A stretch of 42,462 nt of DNA from a virus (Duplodnaviria; Caudoviricetes): positions 1 through 42,462 of the IMG/VR virus record IMGVR_UViG_3300009103_000065. One strand, given 5' to 3'. The translations under genes and the position numbers were made by a program. Positions 10,529 to 18,338 of the stretch are shown piece by piece. The notes below the pieces were generated by a model that did not search any database, had not been told where the DNA came from, and saw only the letters and a program-made list of their open reading frames with translations. How positions within the stretch are numbered: position 1 is the first letter of the stretch; every line of letters begins with the position of its first letter.

Positions 10529-10888
10529 CTAAAACCCCCTGTCATCAAAAAACTTATCAATATCTTCGTTTGAAACTTCTCTCTCAGGATCCGGACCTTC
10601 TATTTCGGCTATCTCCTTTACAATTTCATCTGCGCGTACCTGAAGAGCTTCTAACTTTTCATTATTTATATCTATATCCTTTTGAGTATTCTCTATCTCT
10701 ATTTCTTCCCTAACCTTTTTTAGCTCTAGTTTTAAAATTTCTTTATCATTATATCGTTTTTGAAACATGTGAAACGCTATAAAACCAAATATGCTTACTA
10801 TAATACCTATTATAAACTTAGTTTTTAAGCTTATAGAATTAAATAAAGATTTAAAGAAGCCATCTTCTTCTTTTTCTTCGCTACCCAT
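10529..10888 (-). CDS. Single-TM coiled-coil membrane protein; i-spanin-like
   Basis: TM segment FIIGIIVSIFGFIAF followed by a long charged coiled coil. The ORF track starts at 10987, but the ATG at 10888 overlaps the upstream stop (ATGGGTAG) and is the more plausible start. Confidence 0.5.
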   Translation of the reverse strand: MGSEEKEEDGFFKSLFNSISLKTKFIIGIIVSIFGFIAFHMFQKRYNDKEILKLELKKVREEIEIENTQKDIDINNEKLEALQVRADEIVKEIAEIEGPDPEREVSNEDIDKFFDDRGF

Positions 10889-11159
10889 TATCTGCCCCGT
10901 CTCGCTCATACTCTTTAGACTTGTCAGTTTCATTGTACTTTCTGTCGGTCCATCTTCTTGATACATACGCAGTAAAGGATGCTCCAAGATAAGCGGTCAT
11001 AGTTGCTGCATCCATCGCTTGAAGGCCAATTTCAAAACCTCTGAATGATATTCTGCCGAAAGTAGACAGAAGTATGTTTAAAGTAACAACCGAAAAGGCT
11101 ATAAAGGCAAAGGTAAGCATAGAATCTGCCTTGCCATCTGTATTTTTCATCCATTTCAT
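10881..11159 (-). CDS. Two-TM small membrane protein; holin-like
   Basis: 92 aa, AGGAG SD, two hydrophobic segments (MLTFAFIAFSVVTLNILL; MTAYLGASFTAYV) and a highly charged C-terminal tail, which is class II holin topology. Confidence 0.55.
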   Translation of the reverse strand: MKWMKNTDGKADSMLTFAFIAFSVVTLNILLSTFGRISFRGFEIGLQAMDAATMTAYLGASFTAYVSRRWTDRKYNETDKSKEYERDGADNG

Positions 11160-11168
11160 AATAATCTC

Positions 11169-13160
11169 CTAAATGTTTAAAGAATAAGGAAAGGTATAAA
11201 CTACATCTGTTTTATCTAAGCGCTTAAGCCTTAACCTTTGTCTAGTATAGTGTCTGTAAAATAACTTATCCTTGGTGACATCTAATACTTCATACATATA
11301 TTCGACATCATCATTAAAATCAAACCTAACTATTAAGTCCCTATCTCTAACTGCTGGGGCAGGAAGCGTCCAGCACTGTGGTTCATACTGCTGTTCTAAG
11401 TGCGAATGAGGACCAAGCTTTAGGTCCTCAGCAGTATCTCCAAACATTACCATGATTCGACTGTCATTCCTTCTTTTGTAGTCATATTGTGAGTATCCTC
11501 CGGCGTAACCAGTTCCAAAGCAGAGCTTGCAGGACTTAACTTTTGGATGCTGCCGCCTTGAATCAGAGCAGCTACAAGTATCGCCATCCCACACTCTCTT
11601 TAGCAAAATAACCGGCTCCCCTGTTTGATCCAAAATAACCTCTTCTCGGTTTATCATTCTATCAAAAAGGTTCATTCCCCTAGTTTTATTAAATTCCCCA
11701 CCTAAATAGCTTCCGCAATCATCTCTTCCTTGAAAGATATTCTGAGGCAAAGCTCTGTGATATCCACAGAAGTCAAATCCCTGAAAAAACTTTTTATCAC
11801 TATCTGTATAATCAGTAACAACAAGCCCTGTTCCCAAAATAGCTCTTCCGCTTTCATATCCATCATGGTATGTCGGTGTAGCCATAATAATAACAGAGTT
11901 GGTATCCTGGCAGGCCAGAAACATCTTTAGCGTATCTCCTTGTACATAAATACCCTTACTTGTTCCATTGAGCCCCCTTCCGTTTGGTGCCAACAAAAAT
12001 TCTGTATCGGTTTTTGCTGTATACCTTACTACCTCCGAGTCGTTGATGACAAGAATTCCGGAAGCCGGATAGCCGTCCGTTGACTCTACCGCAATCCTGT
12101 TATCATCTTGCGTTACCTGCTCGGATATAACTGCATCTTCTGGAATTACAAACAACCCCTCTGCAATCTCGCTCATACCGTCCAAATCAAGAGTGTCCTT
12201 AAAGGTTTCAAGCGCTCTGGCTGCAAAAGACAAGGTTAGCCCAGGAGTAAAGCCTGATACCTCTGAGCATTTAATTGAAGAGTTTGCAATATATTTAGGA
12301 TTTGAGTCAAAAATTTCTAATCTAGACTCATTCTGATATATAAGAGCGAAAGAGTCTCCTTTGTAAGATCTAGATACAGGTTGATGCCACTCAATTTTAA
12401 ACATATCTCCTCTTCCCATATCAGAAACTTTTCTTATTCCTTGAGAAAACCCTAGAAACTTAACCTGAGGAAAAGTTGACGGAAGAACAATCTCTGGCAG
12501 GTCTACCGAGTAGGACAGCTCATCTTGTAAAATATTTCCTGATGTATCTTCAACATAATACCTTATAGTATACGGGCCATCGCGAAAGGACTCTGCTGGC
12601 TCAATTCTTACGGCAGCTCCATCCTCTACCTTCGTTATTCCGGAGGAGTCGCCATCAAAGGTATCCTGAAATACTCCATCGACTACTGCTTCAAGATTAT
12701 TTACCCAAACATTTATAGAACTTACATTTATATCATCAATTTCGTCCTTAAATTGAAGAAAAACAACCTGGTCAGATTGGACTAGCTCCCCCTCTATAGG
12801 GGAAGATAAGTCTAAAATTGGTTCTGGCGCAACTGTTTTGAATAAATAATTATAATTAAAAAATTTACCCTCTAGATTTTCAACCTGAATCTTTATAGTG
12901 ACAACCTGACCTTGTCTAAATAAATCTTCTGCATCAATTACAACATCAATTAGCTCTGAGGATACTTGTATGTCTGAGTATAGCCCATCGAATCCTTTTT
13001 GAAACTCAAGATCAGATATAGCTGTAGATCCACTCACCTCAACAATTAAGGTTGAAGAGTCTATGCCGGTTCCATCGTTGATTATAGCAAATTCAATAAG
13101 CGAATCTAGAGCTACGCCCTTAGATCCTTCTGATGGATATTGTCCTGAAATCGTTAGCAT
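11169..13160 (-). CDS. Neck/head-closure-like protein with N-terminal Ig-like domains and a Cys-rich Zn-binding motif
   Basis: 663 aa. Two Ig-like repeats (YPSEGSKGV...IEFAIINDGTGIDSSTLIVEVSG; SPIEGELV...VFLQFKDEIDDINVSSINVWVNN) and a C-terminal GEPVILLKR...CSC...CKLCFGTGY.GGY...PAVRDRDLIV region resembling myophage neck proteins. Confidence 0.55.
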   Translation of the reverse strand: MLTISGQYPSEGSKGVALDSLIEFAIINDGTGIDSSTLIVEVSGSTAISDLEFQKGFDGLYSDIQVSSELIDVVIDAEDLFRQGQVVTIKIQVENLEGKFFNYNYLFKTVAPEPILDLSSPIEGELVQSDQVVFLQFKDEIDDINVSSINVWVNNLEAVVDGVFQDTFDGDSSGITKVEDGAAVRIEPAESFRDGPYTIRYYVEDTSGNILQDELSYSVDLPEIVLPSTFPQVKFLGFSQGIRKVSDMGRGDMFKIEWHQPVSRSYKGDSFALIYQNESRLEIFDSNPKYIANSSIKCSEVSGFTPGLTLSFAARALETFKDTLDLDGMSEIAEGLFVIPEDAVISEQVTQDDNRIAVESTDGYPASGILVINDSEVVRYTAKTDTEFLLAPNGRGLNGTSKGIYVQGDTLKMFLACQDTNSVIIMATPTYHDGYESGRAILGTGLVVTDYTDSDKKFFQGFDFCGYHRALPQNIFQGRDDCGSYLGGEFNKTRGMNLFDRMINREEVILDQTGEPVILLKRVWDGDTCSCSDSRRQHPKVKSCKLCFGTGYAGGYSQYDYKRRNDSRIMVMFGDTAEDLKLGPHSHLEQQYEPQCWTLPAPAVRDRDLIVRFDFNDDVEYMYEVLDVTKDKLFYRHYTRQRLRLKRLDKTDVVYTFPYSLNI

Positions 13161-13186
13161 ACAAAACCTCCAATTGAGGCTTTTCT

Positions 13187-13193
13187 ATTAGTA
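13187..13193 (-). promoter_or_regulatory. Candidate late promoter TACTAAT
   Basis: 26 nt upstream of the 663-aa gene. Confidence 0.55.
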
Positions 13194-13203
13194 GAGGAAG
13201 CTG

Positions 13204-13707
13204 TTATTGAGGGCTGTCTAAAAGCTCGTCTTTTTTGTCATCCCTATCCTTGCCCTTGATGTCATGATAATCAAGAAGATCCTCTACATATTTCTCCGCA
13301 TTTCTTCGACCTCTATTTTCTTCATCAAATTCTACTTGATATTTGAAAGCCTCAATTTCGGTATCTTTATCGAGATAAGCCTCATCCTTCTTTTTTGTTT
13401 TTTTACGAGAAGCCTGAACGTGCTGAATAGAGTGTGTTAATTCGTGAATTACATATCGCATCATAATGTCAAAAGGCTTCTTGATAAGGCTTCTGTTTAA
13501 AATTATATTGGAATCAACAGTTTTTGCGGATTGCTTGATTTTATCGAATTTAATAGGAACTCCTTCGAGAAACCACTCTCCTACACCCTTTTCTTTGCAG
13601 ATTTTCTTTGCAATTTTGTCGGAACATAATGCCGTTCTTATCTTAGAAAGAATAGCAATCTCATCGAAAAGCTTGTTATTCTTCTTTGACGAAGTTATCC
13701 TTATCAT
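13204..13707 (-). CDS. Zincin-like metallopeptidase domain protein
   Basis: VIHELTHSIQH (HEXXH at 13432-13446) with a downstream YL...EIEAF supplying a candidate third ligand. Confidence 0.7.
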   Translation of the reverse strand: MIRITSSKKNNKLFDEIAILSKIRTALCSDKIAKKICKEKGVGEWFLEGVPIKFDKIKQSAKTVDSNIILNRSLIKKPFDIMMRYVIHELTHSIQHVQASRKKTKKKDEAYLDKDTEIEAFKYQVEFDEENRGRRNAEKYVEDLLDYHDIKGKDRDDKKDELLDSPQ

Positions 13708-13924
13708 CTTCTTGCTCCTCTTTGTCGAAATAGCCGACTAACTCTTCGGCCTTATTATTAACTGCTAAATTAGCAAGAAATGAACTTTGTTTCAGCATAG
13801 AAATTCTCTCTTCGGCTCTTTTTATTAAATTATCTAAACCTAAGAGCTCAAATTGTATTTCATCAAAATCTCTTGGGCTAATAAATCCACAATATTCCAG
13901 GTATCTTTTTTCAGGTTCTCTCAT
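13676..13924 (-). CDS. Small hypothetical coiled-coil protein
   Basis: 82 aa, AGGAG SD, overlaps the start of the peptidase gene. Confidence 0.7.
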   Translation of the reverse strand: MREPEKRYLEYCGFISPRDFDEIQFELLGLDNLIKRAEERISMLKQSSFLANLAVNNKAEELVGYFDKEEQEDDKDNFVKEE

Positions 13925-13939
13925 AATATCTCCTGTCTA

Positions 13940-15853
13940 TCATTTTACTAATTTATTTAGCATTTTTAATGCAGAATATCTTTTAGAATATGCTTTAGAA
14001 GCAGTTTCTCCAAGGCCTGCTCTTTCAAATATATCAAGAAGCATATCACTGCGATCTGGGTTCTCTCTTCCTAGTTGACTATAAAAGCTAATCATTTTAG
14101 CAGCCTGTTCTGGAGAGGTGTCTAAGGTTTTGGCCATCATATCTTCTAGGTCTTTATCCGAATAATTTGGCCTAGATAGATCATACTCCGCATCAAAAAA
14201 TCTTCGCTTAGATCCGTACGGCTGATCCTTTCGTGGAATTACTTCCAGGTTTAGCTTAAGAAAATCATTTCGAGAATACCAAACCGGGTCTTCTTTGAAC
14301 TTTTTATACCTTATTCTTTTTATTTGTTTCGGAGAAACAAGTCCCCTTAATAACGCCTGAGGTTCGCTACTTTGAGTCCAAGTTTGAGACAGCCTTGGTC
14401 GAAAGCTACCCGGAAAGGCCTCTTCTGCCCATTCTATTCTAGCTTTCATCTCGGCCTTATGCCAATCAACTGCATGAGCATGTGGATCGCTTTTTCTGCC
14501 TATGTTTCCAGAATAATCAACTCCATGAAGAAACTTCGCTCTTACATCAATCTCTAAAATTATCTCTCCATAGCTTGCAAATTTCTCTGCCGATTCTTCT
14601 GATGGGGCTACAAAAATTCCAGCATGTTTTGGGCCTCCATAAAGCCTTGGTCTAATCCTATTCGCATCAAACCCATTAATCATTTCGTATGAATCTGCTA
14701 AAGTCGTACCATGAAAAACCGTTATAACATCATTTGGGCGAACATTATCAGCATCCATTTTTTCAGATATTTTTAAAAGCTTTGCAATTTTATAAGTCCT
14801 ACTGGCGTCAGATGCCCAATCCTCTTCTTCATACTCCTCCATCTCTTCATACTGTCCGACCCCATAGTCATTTTTCGTATCCCAGTATATTCCTGCCTCT
14901 TCAGGCGTTGCCTCATAAAAAGATCTTGCGTCTTGATACCAAAGCTCATCGCTTGAAAACATCTCTTCTGCATTTGTAAGTATATGATATGAGGATATAA
15001 ATTTTGGAGAAATTCTGCCCCTGTATCCATATATTCCAAATTCTCTTGATAGCGCGTCTGCCGAACCAGTCATAGAGGAATAATTAGCAGAAGAATTTCT
15101 TGTCTCCTCTGAAATGTAATCATATATATTTGTCTCTCCAGATTGCGCATCAACATCATAATCTGGAACTAATAAATTTTTATCCGGAACAGCGAGCTCT
15201 ATCACCATTGGATCTCCTCCAACTTTTTGCGCTGTATGCACAGAATGATGTTGAGCCTCATCAAACCTAGACGAGAAGAATATAAGATTTGGATGAACAA
15301 TTTGTTCGTAATTGGATTGAGATCGGCCTGCTCTTATTCCAGTTTTTAGTATTTCCCCCAAATATTTTGTTGTAGTTCCATGAAACATAACATCTGAAAT
15401 CTGACCCTTTGCCTCCCACTTGCTAACCCCAAAATCGTGATCATCGATTTGACTCGAATAAACAACATTGTCTAGATCTAATTCTTTTACAATTTTTTTG
15501 ATTAAAATTGACGATTTTGGATCTAAGGTAAAGCCCGAATAATTAGTTAAATATAAGGTTTTATATATATCGCCATCAATTCTTCCTACTAAAATATCAG
15601 GCCTGTTATTATCTCTGATTTCATCAGTTAATTCGTCTGGAGTTTCCCATTCAGAAGAGCTTATGCCTGAGCCTAAGCTTTTGCTTATCTCCTCAATCTC
15701 GTCCTCTTTTAACGCATCATAAATATTTTCACTATTAAAGCGCCAAATATTTCCTCTATACGCAATAATGATATCCCCACTCCCATGGGTAAGCATTGCC
15801 GTTTTTAAGGCCAAATCACTTAATATTTTTAATCGAAAATTAACTGAGTCCAT
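13940..15853 (-). CDS. Protein with two ADP-ribosyltransferase-fold (HGT-motif) domains
   Basis: Domain 1: VMFHGTT..YLGEILKTGI...IFFSSRFDEAQHHS...PMVIEL. Domain 2: VFHGTT...EMINGF...GIFVAPSEESAEKFA.YGEIILEIDV...EPQAL. An acidic linker separates them. Confidence 0.7.
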   Translation of the reverse strand: MDSVNFRLKILSDLALKTAMLTHGSGDIIIAYRGNIWRFNSENIYDALKEDEIEEISKSLGSGISSSEWETPDELTDEIRDNNRPDILVGRIDGDIYKTLYLTNYSGFTLDPKSSILIKKIVKELDLDNVVYSSQIDDHDFGVSKWEAKGQISDVMFHGTTTKYLGEILKTGIRAGRSQSNYEQIVHPNLIFFSSRFDEAQHHSVHTAQKVGGDPMVIELAVPDKNLLVPDYDVDAQSGETNIYDYISEETRNSSANYSSMTGSADALSREFGIYGYRGRISPKFISSYHILTNAEEMFSSDELWYQDARSFYEATPEEAGIYWDTKNDYGVGQYEEMEEYEEEDWASDASRTYKIAKLLKISEKMDADNVRPNDVITVFHGTTLADSYEMINGFDANRIRPRLYGGPKHAGIFVAPSEESAEKFASYGEIILEIDVRAKFLHGVDYSGNIGRKSDPHAHAVDWHKAEMKARIEWAEEAFPGSFRPRLSQTWTQSSEPQALLRGLVSPKQIKRIRYKKFKEDPVWYSRNDFLKLNLEVIPRKDQPYGSKRRFFDAEYDLSRPNYSDKDLEDMMAKTLDTSPEQAAKMISFYSQLGRENPDRSDMLLDIFERAGLGETASKAYSKRYSALKMLNKLVK

Positions 15854-15874
15854 CTTCAGATAGCCTTAAGTGGG

Positions 15875-16798
15875 TTAAATGATCTTTCTAGAACGCAGAT
15901 GCCTTAACCTGACAAAGGCTGGCGCGCCAGAACTTAAATTTGTAAACGTGCCAAATGATGTTGGATTAGGTCTTATGCTGTTCTTGATAAATTTTAACCT
16001 CTCTCTATATGAAGTCATAAAGTTTTGATAGTGACTATTGATAAAGTCTCCCAATGCTGGCGGTTGATAGGAAATTCCTCCATCGCTAATGGTAAAGTCC
16101 CTCCCCTTTTCGACCAGTGCTTGGGAAGACAGGGCCAAAATATATGCCCCCTCCACAACTGCATGTGAAAATGTTTTGTAAATTATTTCATCAGAAAAAA
16201 TAAATGATGAGAAAAATGGAACCATATTAAATTCCGAAAGAGCTGCCGATAGGAAGCACGCTAAAATTTCATCAGAAAAAACATTACACTCCTCCATTAC
16301 AATTTCACCGTATCCATCAGTAATAAAGGCACCGTACTCATCTCTAGAAGGTTTTTTTCCATCTGATCTTAGTCTAGACTTTAGGTGTTTTAAAAGAATG
16401 TTTAGCCCAACCAATTCTGCTTCGGAAAAGTCAAAACTAACTTCATCACCTAGCGCAACAGTTCCTGGCTCAGCAGCCCCTGCCTCAGAAGATGGAGATC
16501 CAGTGACAAGGAACTTAAACTCGCTATCAATTGCTGCTCCACCAATATCTGCAGTCCAATAATCTGTCCATAGTCCCGTATCTACCGCAGCGCCAACATC
16601 ATATGAATATACATAGAGACCCTTATCTTCTCTTGTAACTCCAGTTGATGTAGTTGTTACAACAATATCTCCATTTATATCTGTAATTTGTATTTCGGGT
16701 GTAGAATCTGAGTCTCTAGGGAGCCCGTCAACGCCATAATATTGTATGCTAAGCTCTACAGACTCGCCTCGTATTGCTTGATTTCTGTTATTTGCCAT
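15875..16798 (-). CDS. Head-tail adaptor/neck-like protein with N-terminal Ig-like domain
   Basis: 307 aa. Beta-rich N-domain (GLYVYSY...GLWTDYW) and a helical C-domain (FSDEILACFLSAALSEFN..P...GAYILAL...FTISDGGISY) resembling adaptor proteins; basic C-terminus. Confidence 0.5.
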   Translation of the reverse strand: MANNRNQAIRGESVELSIQYYGVDGLPRDSDSTPEIQITDINGDIVVTTTSTGVTREDKGLYVYSYDVGAAVDTGLWTDYWTADIGGAAIDSEFKFLVTGSPSSEAGAAEPGTVALGDEVSFDFSEAELVGLNILLKHLKSRLRSDGKKPSRDEYGAFITDGYGEIVMEECNVFSDEILACFLSAALSEFNMVPFFSSFIFSDEIIYKTFSHAVVEGAYILALSSQALVEKGRDFTISDGGISYQPPALGDFINSHYQNFMTSYRERLKFIKNSIRPNPTSFGTFTNLSSGAPAFVRLRHLRSRKII

Positions 16799-17118
16799 TA
16801 TCTTGCCTCTGCCCTAGGTATGCTGATGATCCTTCCAACCGTAAAATTTTCAATAACAGAAAACTCAACATCTTCGAACGTATAAGTTATTATTACCACA
16901 TAATCGCCAACCGCATCGGGAGTATAATCATAATAATAAGTCCCATAATCTTGATCTAGCGCAAGCATAGGCTTAGGTGAGTCAAAAGCAGATGTTCTAT
17001 CTGGCTTTACAATTTGCTTAATCATAGGACTAACATCTTCTGCAAATGGAACCCCAGAATCAGTAACCTGTAAGGGCACCCTTACTGTTGCTCCAAGCGC
17101 ATAACTTCCCATTGCCAT
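16798..17118 (-). CDS. Small Ig-like virion protein resembling the N-domain of the adjacent adaptor
   Basis: 106 aa, GGAGG SD. GATVRVPLQ...GVP...P.I...GTYYYDY...GDY parallels GESVELSIQ...GLP...P.I...GLYVYSY...GLW. TAATG stop/start overlap with the next gene. Confidence 0.6.
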   Translation of the reverse strand: MAMGSYALGATVRVPLQVTDSGVPFAEDVSPMIKQIVKPDRTSAFDSPKPMLALDQDYGTYYYDYTPDAVGDYVVIITYTFEDVEFSVIENFTVGRIISIPRAEAR

Positions 17119-17131
17119 ATTAAACCTCCTG

Positions 17132-17590
17132 TTATTCGCCTATAAAATCAATAACAAGACGTGTGTTATCAGATCCAAACACAGCGTCTCCATAAAGATT
17201 TATAAAAGTAAAAGAGAGCCTATCTTCTGATATGTCAACATCTTCCGTTACATTCATTCCGTTAAAAAATATTCTAAATATTTTTCCACATTCAACGGGC
17301 GCTCCATCCTTATCAACAAAATTATACTCGTACTTTGCCTCTTCCAACTGATCGGATATATCCACTATATGACTATTTACAACATCTGCTCCAGGTATTT
17401 CTATTTCCCCACTTACTATAAGATTATTTATTTCATCTGTAAAATTAGCCGTAATCGTTGGAGAGTCAGAAGAAAATATAATTTCAGTTATTTCTTCTAT
17501 TTTTCCGTCAGAGTCCTTGACTCGCCTCCTCCCCTCTATTGATCCATCATCACTTTTTTCGGGGAATCTGTGAATAGTGCCTGTTGCCAT
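17132..17590 (-). CDS. Putative virion protein with C-terminal 'F.NG' beta module
   Basis: 152 aa, GGGAG SD, ends FRIFFNGMNV..DVDISEDRLSFTF...RLVIDF. Confidence 0.65.
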   Translation of the reverse strand: MATGTIHRFPEKSDDGSIEGRRRVKDSDGKIEEITEIIFSSDSPTITANFTDEINNLIVSGEIEIPGADVVNSHIVDISDQLEEAKYEYNFVDKDGAPVECGKIFRIFFNGMNVTEDVDISEDRLSFTFINLYGDAVFGSDNTRLVIDFIGE

Positions 17591-17599
17591 TTTTTCTCC

Positions 17600-17917
17600 C
17601 TAAATTTTTGAAAGCTGCTCTATCATATAATCTGCAAATGCTTTTAGTCCAGAATCTCTTTTGCACTTTTCTGGCATTTTATCAGACAGAGAGTCCTCTG
17701 CATACGTATAATTCTCCATATAATGAGAGTATGCTTCGTTATAAAATTTTATCTTTTCCCTAGAAAGCTTTATTATCTGCTGCATAACCTTAACCTTTCT
17801 CTCTCTAGAGTATTCCTCTCTTTTGCTTAGAATAATACTATCATATTTTTTATCAGCAGCTATAGTAGCCCTTTCTTTGCAAACAATCTCCTTGGGCTTG
17901 ACTAAAATGCTCGGCAT
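17600..17917 (-). CDS. Hypothetical protein
   Basis: 105 aa, GAGG SD, 1 nt after the upstream stop. Confidence 0.7.
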   Translation of the reverse strand: MPSILVKPKEIVCKERATIAADKKYDSIILSKREEYSRERKVKVMQQIIKLSREKIKFYNEAYSHYMENYTYAEDSLSDKMPEKCKRDSGLKAFADYMIEQLSKI

Positions 17918-17918
17918 A

Positions 17919-18215
17919 TTAATCCTCGCTTAATATGTTTTTATAGGCACTTTGAAGATTAATAAGCCCCTCGGATAATTCATCCAAAACCTTTCTTCTG
18001 GAATCCATATCTATTTTCGTTTTGATAGTTTGTATTATCTCAGATTCCTTATCTTCTCTTAGGGCCTCAAGAATATCTGATAGACATGCTGCGTATCCTT
18101 CTGAAAATTGACTTTGACTATCTATATTCGCCCTAACTTCAGATATATGATCTACGAATTGATCAAAGAGACTCGTTACCTTTTTAAGCCTATCCACTTT
18201 ATCTTCTAAACTCAT
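17919..18215 (-). CDS. Hypothetical helical protein
   Basis: 98 aa, AAGGAG SD, preceded by a promoter-like motif at 18256. Confidence 0.75.
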   Translation of the reverse strand: MSLEDKVDRLKKVTSLFDQFVDHISEVRANIDSQSQFSEGYAACLSDILEALREDKESEIIQTIKTKIDMDSRRKVLDELSEGLINLQSAYKNILSED

Positions 18216-18255
18216 ATCTACTCCTTGTGAAAATCATTTCATTTATATTGTAAAA

Positions 18256-18262
18256 ATTAGCA
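18256..18262 (-). promoter_or_regulatory. Candidate late promoter TGCTAAT (variant)
   Basis: Just after the terminator and 40 nt upstream of the 98-aa gene. Confidence 0.45.
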
Positions 18263-18276
18263 TATTATATGACGTT

Positions 18277-18307
18277 AAAAAGGGGCGGGGACAAAGTCCC
18301 CGCCCCT
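18277..18307 (-). terminator. Intrinsic terminator after the His-repeat fibre gene
   Basis: Perfect 12-bp stem AGGGGCGGGGAC-TTT-GTCCCCGCCCCT followed by a T run, about 30 nt after the stop. Confidence 0.9.
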
Positions 18308-18338
18308 CGGTTAATTCAGCAGGTCTTTTAAAGTTCGC

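Noticed and set aside
10889-10987. N-terminal extension of the 152-aa ORF
   Set aside because: It overlaps the holin-like gene by about 100 nt; the ATG at 10888 coupled to the upstream stop is more plausible.
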